A stretch of 63,452 bases of DNA, filler included, from Octopus bimaculoides (Eukaryota): assembly GCF_001194135.2 (NCBI RefSeq). It is 4 parts of 4 records of this genome, joined end to end, with 100 filler letters (N's around TTAATTAATTAA, not from the genome) between each part and the next. Parts side by side here need not be neighbours in the genome. Positions count along the whole stretch, not along the records: positions 33,621 to 60,931 come from NC_068994.1; positions 61,032 to 63,452 come from NC_068981.1; 2 more parts are not named here. The stretch is one strand, 5' to 3'. Positions 53,025 to 63,452 of the stretch are shown here, in pieces. The notes beneath the pieces were generated by a model that saw only the letters and a program-made list of their open reading frames with translations, made no database searches and had not been told where the DNA came from. The number at the start of each line of letters is the position of its first letter. Within the stretch, counting starts at the first letter, position 1. Both the position numbers and the translations under genes were made by a program.

Positions 53025-53180
53025 GTTCTAATTTGTAATTAAAGCCTGCTTATTCCACCTTCTTGTGTGTATGTGTCTCTGTGTGTATGTGTCTCTGTGT
53101 GTATACATACACATAGATATATAAGTGTATGTATACACACAAGAAGATGGAATAAGCAGGCCTTAATTACGAATTAGAAC
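53025..53180. repeat. Near-perfect long hairpin (~56 bp paired, 12-nt loop, 32-nt one-sided insertion)
   Basis: The outer 48-bp arms differ at 3 positions. The inner gtgtgtatacatacac/gtgtatgtatacacac is perfect. The insertion is (gtgtgtatgtgtctct)x2. Confidence 0.9.
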
Positions 53181-53916
53181 CTTTGTTTCCATGCAATGGT
53201 AACAGCTATGAGTTGCTGCGTTTTCAGTCCCATACCATTACATAAATTATTTTATAAATAATTAGATAAATGAATATGATCCAGCAACAGCAGTGTACCG
53301 GCACTTCATCAGGTAGGTGGCTTTTAAAGCACCGCTTGAACACGTTCAATTTCCCATCTCTTTGTTTGCTTTTACGTTATTTGCTTTCTTTGCTTCCTTT
53401 CTTTCCTGAGTAACTCACAGATTCAAGGCGACACATGTTATAACAATACAAAAAGAAAATATATAAATGCAGTAAAAATTCTTTTTCTTTAAATTACAAT
53501 ACAAATACAACGAAATTCGTTAATGGAAGCAAAAAAAAAAAAAAGACAAAATGAAATGTTTAAATATAGATCAAAAGTAACATACTGTTTTTCTGTTCTA
53601 TTGTAAAGTTGTCTCTACTTTTATCTCAGGATATAAACTAGAAGTATCTCTTACCTTTATTGTCTGCAACTGTTTTCCTGCAAATGGCCTATTGTCATCG
53701 CTCTCCCAGCAGGATATCTACTCGACTCTTCGTCCACTTGCAAAACTTAATATCATTTATCCTGATTCCGAAGGAAGCCTTTTCATAGTCAATAAGCTTC
53801 TTATCAGACATTAAGAGATTTATTTGCCTTTACCCTTGTATACATACAAATGTTCATTCACTCGTTGTATACTTAGAAACATTTAAATCAAAATATACAT
53901 GTATACACATACATAC

Positions 53917-53949
<33 letters not shown>

Positions 53950-54811
53950 NNNNNNNNNNNNNNNNNNNNNNNNNNNNNNNNNNNNNNNNNNNNNNNNNNN
54001 NNNNNNNNNNNNNNNNNNNNNNNNNNNNNNNNNNNNNNNNNNNNNNNNNNNNNNNNNNNNNNNNNNNNNNNNNNNNNNNNNNNNNNNNNNNNNNNNNNNN
54101 NNNNNNNNNNNNNNNNNNNNNNNNNNNNNNNNNNNNNNNNNNNNNNNNNNNNNNNNNNNNNNNNNNNNNNNNNNNNNNNNNNNNNNNNNNNNNNNNNNNN
54201 NNNNNNNNNNATATACACTGTCATTTCCATATATTTACTTCTACTTTTATCTCCAAACTCTACATGCGCATCTACTCCGCCACATCGACATCTACAAAAC
54301 CCATATACATACACAATCATATACCTAACACACATGTACATACCAACTACTCCTCTCATTTTATATCGTTAGGTTAAATCAATGTTTTTCCTCGCATACA
54401 TTCCTTATAATTTTTGTAAGTTTTGTTTCTTACTAATGTATATTTATTTCAACATAACATTAATGATACGAGAATATTTTAACTGCACTTTCTAGCAAAT
54501 AACGCATCAGCTTCATTTCATTATAAAAGGCATATTCAGGCTATAATAAATATTACGTAATATATGTAGACAACAGAACTAACTTATTATTTAAAATAAT
54601 CAACTTAGTTTTAAAATTCATTTTTCAGAAATTAAAAATATATCGTGAAATATATTTTCTACCTAAATGTGGTTAACCCTTAAGGGTTGATGCTTCTGTA
54701 GTTTGTAGCCCCAGGAAGACATCTCCTCCAACTGGTTATTGACACACTTTCTGTGCCCTATCAGTATTTGCAAAGAGAAGTTATCCTTCCCATCTCCAGC
54801 CTGACGTGATA

Positions 54812-54856
54812 CATACAGACCCGAGTTTCTAGGTATTGACCCGTCATCAGCATATG
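54812..54856 (-). ncRNA. Type-I hammerhead ribozyme motif, slightly degenerate, HHR-3
   Basis: The minus strand reads CAUAUG-CUGAUGA-C-GGGU-CAAU-ACCU-A-GAAAC-UCGG-GUC-UGUAUG. The core is intact, the triplet is GUC and stem I is 6 bp with two wobbles. Stem II lacks the canonical G-C closure. Confidence 0.55.
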
Positions 54857-55195
54857 ACAACCACCGGCTGGCGATGTGTAGTTGTTCCCAATGCAAATAT
54901 ATATATATACTTTTTCCAGTGACGAAAAGTCACTGATCTCGAAAAAGTGGAAACAAGCAATAATAAATCTCTGAGCAGAATTGTATGTTTTGTTTTATGT
55001 ATGTCTTCTCATGAACATACTTGCATATCTAGACTTGCTCATATATACTCAAATGATAAACTTCTGGAAAGTTTTACATATTTTTACACTTCTAGTAATG
55101 AACTGGATTTCTAGGCTTCGTTTGAGAAGGCTAATTTCTGAAGATTGGTAGATTGGTATGTATGTATATATGTATGTATGTGTGTATTATGTACA

Positions 55196-55251
<56 letters not shown>

Positions 55252-56052
55252 CATGTGTATATTTCCTTTCGTGCCGATAATTATCTATATGTCTTCTTTG
55301 TTACAGTGATATTTGTTCTTCGGACTGTTTTCTTCATCTTTGATGTATTATTCACACAAAGCCTCTACAATTTTTCTTTCATGGCTCTGTGGAACAGGAC
55401 AATGAGAAACCTAAAGAAAATCAAAATTGTTATTAGAAATATTGGCAGCGGTTACATCACATCAGATTGGTTTATAGATAACATGTCACGAGATATAAAG
55501 AATTATGTTAGAAAAACGAAATCTAAACTAACTTAGAAGGGACTGTATCAAGAATGTGAATACGAAACAAACCTCATATTCATACGAATATATGTATGTA
55601 CGTATGCATGTGAGCATCAAACATGTATAGCCATATCTACATATATATATGTATATGTATGTATATATATATAGAGAGAGAGAGAGAGAACGCGAGAGAT
55701 AGACTTATATTCTTATATATATGGATGTATGTATATATTCATATGTAGGTATGTAGGTAGGTATTTATAAATGAATGCATATACATATATATATGTGTGT
55801 GTGTGTGTTGTACACACATGCATATATATATATATATATATGTATATAATATATGCACACAAAATGTGCATGTATTTTCATATATATATATAGTGAGGGA
55901 GAGACAATGTGGGGAGGGCAAGAGATAACAGGAATCTTCAATGAATTCATCTAACATGTCATATATTAGATGAGGACAACTATGTAGATTCATGCCTTAT
56001 AAATCAAACATAAGATATGTTATCTCTATATATACATCTCTTTCTGTACCAT

Positions 56053-56097
<45 letters not shown>

Positions 56098-56745
56098 NNN
56101 NNNNNNNNNNNNNNNNNNNNNNNNNNNNNNNNNNNNNNNNNNNNNNNNNNNNNNNNNNNNNNNNNNNNNNNNNNNNNNNNNNNNNNNNNNNNNNNNNNNN
56201 NNNNNNNNNNNNNNNNNNNNNNNNNNNNNNNNNNNNNNNNNNNNNNNNNNNNNNNNNNNNNNNNNNNNNNNNNNNNNNNNNNNNNNNNNNNNNNNNNNNN
56301 NNNNNNNNNNNNNNNNNNNNNNNNNNNNNNNNNNNNNNNNNNNNNNNNNNNNNNNNNNNNNNNNNNNNNNNNNNNNNNNNNNNNNNNNNNNNNNNNNNNN
56401 NNNNNNNNNNNNNNNNNNNNNNNNNNNNNNNNNNNNNNNNNNNNNNNNNNNNNNNNNNNNNNNNNNNNNNNNNNNNNNNNNNNNNNNNNNNNNNNNNNNN
56501 NNNNNNNNNNNNNNNNNNNNNNNNNNNNGTTGTATGCGTGTGTGTATTTCTTTGTCTGTTTGTATGTGTGCATGGATGTAAGATTATGTTTATATATATA
56601 TGACCGAGTAAATATGCATATTTACGTATGTATATTATATTTATATAATATACTTCAGAATGACAAGAACATACCCACAATAAATATAAATAAGCAGCCT
56701 AAAACAAATTTAATACGAACAGCCACATCAAAAACAACAATAACA

Positions 56746-56823
<78 letters not shown>

Positions 56824-57279
56824 GTAATAAACCGATGGTGAGAGTGTCTGTGTACAGTAAGAAATAAAACATACAGTCAATAATATATTCAGATAAAATC
56901 AGAGATGAATGAATGGGGAAATTGATGGTGTTTTAAAGGTAAAAAATATGCTAGCAAACTTTAAAGGGAAGTATATAAACATACGACGCAACGGAAATGT
57001 CTGAAACAAGAATATAAATTAAAACAACAGATACAAGTGTTTGTTCCAATGATTTTGAGAGAAGCAAATGGAAAGTTTTAAGAACATATTGTGATGAGAT
57101 AGTTACCCCCTCCCTCCGTTCTTTGCATTAACGGCCATCCTGAGGCTGCTACATGTCAATGAAAGTAGAAGAAAATCTAACATGAATACCATGGAAATAC
57201 CTCCAATTCTGAAAAATAAATATAGAAACAAATGTAATAAATATAAGCAAGGAAAGGAAAATTAATAAGCTTTTTGTAC

Positions 57280-57420
57280 TATAGGCAAAAGACCCGAAAT
57301 TTTGTGCGGAGGTACTCGTCGGTTACATCAACTGGTACTTATTCTATCGAGTCCGAAAGAATGAAGGGCAAAGTCAACCGCGTTGGAATTTGAATTCAAA
57401 ACGCCTGTCCGGATGAAATA
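57280..57420 (-). mobile_element. Partial MetaSINE-like copy
   Basis: ggtacttattctatcgagtccgaaagaatgaagggcaaagtcaaccgcgttggaatttgaa is the reverse complement of the Meta and B-box modules. Confidence 0.65.
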
Positions 57421-59389
57421 CGAATTTCTTTATTGCCCACAGGGGGCTAAACATAGAATGGTACAAAACAACTGATTGGGATCAGTAATGCGAATGGTTT
57501 ACATAAAATATGACTTTAAAAATTATATAAAATATATACGTTAGACATCACAAATGAAGCGATGATCAGGCCACGCTCCGACCCCACAAGCCCCGATCTA
57601 TCGCTGACACCTTTTTTTTTCCTTGCACGCACAACACAAGCATTTTTCTTGTCTGGTGCTGTAAGTATTCTGCCTGTTCGCTATCCTTAAATAAAACAGT
57701 AATAGCAATTAAAAACAGAGAAAAACAGACACCCTGTGGGTATTACTTGTTAAAATGGAAAGGAAATTATTAAAATGAAACCTTGCGTATAGTCATTTTA
57801 ACATGACCTTGTATGTAGAAATACGTAGAAATGGTTATTTACACTGTTTCATCCGTTTTAAGAAGTGGTCCATTCATTATTTGTTCGCTTGGATTGTTTT
57901 TTGTCAGTGGTTTTCAACATTAATATATATTTTTATTATATTTTTATTTAGGTAGCTATTATTTTTTTTTTTTGATATATGAATGGTAGAGAGAATAATA
58001 GAAATATGAAAATTAAAAAAATCTTTTTAAACAATCATTGCAATGAAGTAAAGGCTATAAGGTTATAACAACATTGATTTTAATTGGGAAACCGGAAAAC
58101 AGAAAAACAAATAATGTTAAAGTTTTGGAAAATTGTGTACCGAACAACATACACGTTCTGATCGAATATCAAGTACTGCAATGCATTGACGGAATTCTAT
58201 AAATCTTTATATCACACACACGCTTACTCTCTTACACGTATACATACACACACAGACACACACACATACACACTCACACGTATACATACACACACACACA
58301 CACATACAATCAAAAGGTGAAAGCTAGAAGCGCTCTGTATAGAAAACAGCTAGTAATGTTCAAATGATTTAAATTTAAACACCGAAAACTTTATCGAATA
58401 CTAGGCCCACAGGCTATAGAGTGCCTATAACGGAAATGCTACAAAGCCTCCCAAAACTAGACACCATTATATTAGCGTTACCTAAGCCCAATGGGGTTAT
58501 CTATGTAGAAAACCACTAAGAAGAAAACCACTATTAATGTAAGTAATCTCTACAGACCATCAATCCACAAACGCTCCATGAGAATGAAACATAACACAGA
58601 CTAAGGAGTCTAAAGCATAAAAATTTCACAGACAAGCGTACCGTATTCCCGAATATGTATTCCCGTCATCAGCTGCCAAACGAATATCACTATGGTTTCG
58701 ACACCTGGTCAGTACAATTGAATCCGGCGGTGTTCAGAGTGTTAAAAAACATAAACGCTGCTTGGTAATGGATAGTAATCAGCAGTTGTGAAATATTATC
58801 ATAGCGGGCCCATTACGCCAACACTTGCTTATTATTAAATGCAACAACCCCAAAGAACCTTACTCTCAAAAAGGGACACTGTGACCCTAAAACCATAATA
58901 CAAAGGAAAAAGCGATCTTAATATGTAAAGGAAAACCTCCGATACTCCACATAACACCAACCGAAGGAACAGCAAACCAAACACTTAATATATATATAGA
59001 TTATACAACAAATATTAGATACATTGTTGCTCAATCTAAATTATATCACAAACATGAAACTACACAGAAAACAAACCTAATAAAAATTAGCGGAACAGTA
59101 AATCTCATAACCAGCGTCCTTCAACAATATACAAGTAAAAAGACAATTATAGATCAATTTACATATAATATATATGTTCAATATTATAAGATAAATTAAA
59201 CCAATAAATTACTGTCTAAAAAAACAATAAAAAGTTCAAAAATTAAAATAGAATTTCAATTAATTTGAATTAGAAATTATATATAAATATAATAAATATA
59301 TATATAACTATAAAGACAAGGCAAAAACTACCTAATTAAAACAAATTCTAATTAATGAAACTTCCTAACTATTCAAATATCATTCAAGA

Positions 59390-59950
59390 ACTGGAGTCGA
59401 TGTAATCGACTTTCCTCACCCCCAAATTTCAGGCCTTGTGCCTATAGTAGAAAGGATTATCATTATATCTAAAGGAATCGGTTAGGCGGCGAGCTGGCAG
59501 AAACGTTAGCACACCGGGGGAATGCTTAGCGGTATTTCGTCTTCCGCTACGTTCTGAGTTCAAATTCCGCCGAGGTCGACTTTGCCTTTCATCCTAGCGG
59601 GAGCGATAAATTAAGTACCAGTCAAGTACTGAAGCTGATGTAATCGACTACCCCCCCCNNNNNNNNNNCACACACACACACACACACAAATTCCAGGCCT
59701 TGTGCCAATAGTAGAAAGGATAATTAAAAGAATCGGTGATCTAGCAGAATCGTTAGAACACCGGGCGAAATACTTCGCGGTATTTTCTCCGTCTTTACGT
59801 TCCGAATCTTAAATTCCGCCGAGGTCTACTTTGCTTTTCACCCTTTCGGGGTTGATAAATAAGTACCAGTTGAGTACTAGGGTCAAGGTAATCGACTTAC
59901 CCCTTCCCCTGAAATTGCAACCCTTGTGCCAAAATTTAAAATCAATATTA
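59390..59950 (+). mobile_element. One tail fragment plus two full MetaSINE-like copies, near-consensus
   Basis: For example ggcggcgagctggcagaaacgttagc...gttctgagttcaaattccgccgaggtcgactttgcctttcatcc. CpGs are intact. Confidence 0.85.
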
Positions 59951-60384
59951 TGATCCAGCTAATTACATTACAATCGTGTCCCTTATCATATAACCATGTG
60001 CGAAAACTGATAACTTTATAAGTAAACAAGATATCATATATTATCACTTAGTTACACTTAACACTTTCGAGTTATCACACTATCAGATATCATAACACCC
60101 TAACGAATTTTACCGAATTTAATTCCGATTAATGGTCAACGTGATAACTCACCTTGACTATTACAATAGAATTCAACACTTCATTAACGACGTAACATAT
60201 TTTACAGTTCATATATATATGTATCATATTTAAGACTTCCTTATAGCTAACATGATATCACATGATAATACAAGACTAGTTATTAGGTGTCATTTCAGGG
60301 CGATGTCTCGACTGGAGAAAACGCCCACTTAAAAAATATATAAGAAAAGTCCATAGATAAATTTTGTATTGATTTTCTAAGACG

Positions 60385-60640
60385 CAAGCTACTTACCAAC
60401 CACATGCTTCCGGGTTCAGTCCCATTGTGTGTCATCTTGGGCAAGTGCTTTCTACTATATATGTGTGTGTGTGTATGTACGTATGTGTGTGCTTCTTGAC
60501 AATTGATGCTGGTGTACTTATGCCCCCGCAACTTGGCGCTTGCGGCAACAGAGACCAGTAGAAGTTCTGGAGTCGATTTCTTCGACTAAAATCCTTTAAA
60601 GTGGTGCTCCAGCATGGCCACATTAAAAAAATGACTGAAA
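60385..60640 (+). mobile_element. Internally deleted CORE-like SINE
   Basis: caagctacttaccaaccacatgcttccgggttcagtccc..tcttgggcaagtgc ... gtggtgctccagcatggccac. Confidence 0.7.
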
Positions 60641-60645
60641 CGAGG

Positions 60646-60684
<39 letters not shown>

Positions 60685-60881
60685 CTAATAATACAAGTAA
60701 TATGTGAGTATATGCATATATACGTACATGTATGTACATACCTACATCTACATGTATATATAGATGCATATCTGGGTACAGGACGTCACATAAAAACGTG
60801 GACAAAATGAAAAACAGGACATAAACAGAGTACAGAAAACACTCAGGCCACATAGAGAACATTTCCTTCATCAGCTGCCAC

Positions 60882-60931
<50 letters not shown>

Positions 60932-61031
60932 NNNNNNNNNNNNNNNNNNNNNNNNNNNNNNNNNNNNNNNNNNNNTTAATTAATTAANNNNNNNNNNNNN
61001 NNNNNNNNNNNNNNNNNNNNNNNNNNNNNNN

Positions 61032-61219
61032 GCACATGAACCAGTCCAGGGGCACTGGCAACGATCCCGCTCGAAAGATTTCATGTGTCACCCGCACATG
61101 AGCCAGTCTAGGGGCACCGGCAGCGATCTCGCTCGAAAAAACCTCATGTGTCACCCGCACAAGAGCCAGTCCAGGGGCACTGGCAACGATCTCGCACGAA
61201 AGATATCATGTGTCGCCCG

Positions 61220-61223
<4 letters not shown>
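61032..61223. repeat. GC-rich 62-63-bp tandem repeat, 3+ units, truncated by a gap
   Basis: Unit gcacatgagccagtccaggggcactggcaacgatctcgctcgaaagat.tcatgtgtcaccc. Confidence 0.9.
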
Positions 61224-61265
<42 letters not shown>

Positions 61266-63452
61266 TATAAATATATAGATATACATATATAGATATACAT
61301 TATATATATATATAGCAGACATGAACATAACACACTTGATAGTAGTAGTAGGAGTAATAATAATAATAACAATATGAATATCAATAATACTAATATTAAT
61401 AGTATTAATTGTCCTAGTTGCAATTGGAGTGTTAGATCCCACTATCAGTTATTAGGCCGATGTCTTACCAAGAATGTAATTTATAAATGTACAATAATAA
61501 CTATAACTGGTAACTTTATATATATAGTGGATGTTCGATCAATATGAAAAAATGTTTTTATAATCATTTTTCCTCCTTTAGACTTAAACATAAGGTTAAT
61601 TGTATGTCATTATCTAGTAAGATTTGGGAACTGAAGGAAAGCGGAACTGAGTTTAGCCTTAAATGAGAAATAAGAAAAGCGCAGCCTTATAGAAATAGTA
61701 GATACAGGCACAAGCTGTGCTTATTGGAAACATATGAGATTTTTAAACATAAAGACAAGAACAACCTGATTAACAAGAGATTAGAGCTTAGGGTATCATG
61801 CATACATAGTGTCACCTGTACATTAAAATATTTTCCAAATTAATGGATTATAAGTATTGTGCTTGAAATGAATTGATGGAAACTAACTTTTAATATTTTT
61901 AGTGTTGGATCTAATTATTCTTACTCTGTAGTTCTCTCCCCCTTTCTTAGCTCTCCTGAAAAAAGAATTTCTAACTTCCGGTCAGCCATTGTTATGATCG
62001 GCCATTATTATGATTGACCGTTGACTGAACACTATTCAATTTTTTTTTCTCCGTGTTTTTCTCCTTGTATTCTTTCTGTTGAAGAGCGTAGCTCGAAACG
62101 TCAAAGACTTTCCGTATTCCCGAGCGTCATACTAATATATCCTTTTGTTATTTACACCACCTGTCCTCGTCTGTTGTTATTATTTGTATATTCTCCCATA
62201 TATATATATATATATATATANNNNNNNNNNNNNNNNNNNNNNNNNNNNNNNNNNNNNNNNNNNNNNNNNNNNNNNNNNNNNNNNNNNNNNNNNNNNNNNN
62301 NNNNNNNNNNNNNNNNNNNNNNNNNNNNNNNNNNNNNNNNNNNNNNNNNNNNNNNNNNNNNNNNNNNNNNNNNNNNNNNNNNNNNNNNNNNNNNNNNNNN
62401 NNNNNNNNNNNNNNNNNNNNNNNNNNNNNNNNNNNNNNNNNNNNNNNNNNNNNNNNNNNNNNNNNNNNNNNNNNNNNNNNNNNNNNNNNNNNNNNNNNNN
62501 NNNNNNNNNNNNNNNNNNNNNNNNNNNNNNNNNNNNNNNNNNNNNNNNNNNNNNNNNNNNNNNNNNNNNNNNNNNNNNNNNNNNNNNNNNNNNNNNNNNN
62601 NNNNNNNNNNNNNNNNNNNNNNNNNNNNNNNNNNNNNNNNNNNNNNNNNNNNNNNNNNNNNNNNNNNNNNNNNNNNNNNNNNNNNNNNNNNNNNNNNNNN
62701 NNNNNNNNNNNNNNNNNNNNNNNNNNNNNNNNNNNNNNNNNNNNNNNNNNNNNNNNNNNNNAGAGGGAGGGTGAAGGAGAGATACATTTCTTTGCCAGCG
62801 TCTGTGTGGTAAGCAGCAATCAAACAGAAAAAAATACCCTCTCTCTCTCTCTTTCTCTCTCCCTCTCTCTATCTCTCCCTCCCTTACATACACATGCCAG
62901 TTATCTCTCTTTCTTTCTTTCTTTCTTTCTCACACACACACACAGCAACATTACACACAAAACACATGTTGCCAAAAAGAAATAGACGCTATCTTTTTAT
63001 AGTGAGTATGCCAGAGAGAAAGTGTGGTGTGTATGTGAAGTTGTTTTGTTAGTCTGAGAGAGCATCATGTGTGTGTGTGTAATGTTGCTGTGTGTGTGAG
63101 ACAGAGAGAGAGAGAGAGAAAGAAAGAAAGAAAGAAAGAGAGACAAATGTGTGTAAGGGAGGGAGAGAGATAGAGAGGGAGAACGCGCTCTCTCTATCTC
63201 TGCCGAATTGATGTAAACAAACCCATGTGGTCTGATTTTCACGTTTCTAGGTATTGTACTGTAAATCGCCATTTCCAAAATATATTTATTTCAAATCATT
63301 TATCCATATATATATGTAAGGCAAGGTGTGTGTGTTTTGTTGATATACGGGCAACACACACACACACACATACGAACATGTATGCGTACAAAAAATATGT
63401 ATGCAATTGGTGTACATATGTGCGTGTGTGTATGTGTGTGTTGCTCATATGA

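Noticed and set aside
53250-53312. Short exon-like segment INEYDPATAVYRHFI ending at a GTAGGT donor
   Set aside because: The acceptor is weak, there are no partner exons, and no protein is recognisable.
58300-58970. Possible Tx1/L1 reverse-transcriptase remnant on the minus strand
   Set aside because: There are only scattered 4-6 residue resemblances, and it is too decayed to call without a search.
62075-62110. Hammerhead-like UUGAAGA-GCGUAGCUC-GAAACGUC
   Set aside because: C3 is replaced, stem II pairs only by using core bases, and there is no stem I in register. It is at most a degenerate relic.

Overview
AT-rich, microsatellite- and SINE-dense eukaryotic DNA with several N gaps. The repeat landscape suggests an octopus (coleoid cephalopod) genome, which is inference. 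The only confidently identified gene is the 3' end of an AMMECR1-family gene on the + strand: three coding exons at 1973-2087, 2670-2760 and 3109-3275, with GT-AG sites and consistent phases. The rest is mostly tRNA-derived SINEs (MetaSINE-like, CORE-like and a third family), LINE relics, two Tc1/mariner relics, a Helitron Rep relic, foldback elements and minisatellites. The main observations are: (1) two different type-I hammerhead ribozyme motifs in tandem on the minus strand at 29830-30093, plus a third at 54812-54856; (2) degenerate decoy copies of the AMMECR1 splice acceptor; (3) a CpG-depleted, SINE-strand-biased domain (~4-29 kb) that looks like a methylated gene body but has no identifiable CDS; (4) four long hairpins that are candidate dsRNA/ADAR substrates. 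Almost all ORFs in the supplied track are microsatellite or gap artefacts. Repeat boundaries are approximate, read by eye.
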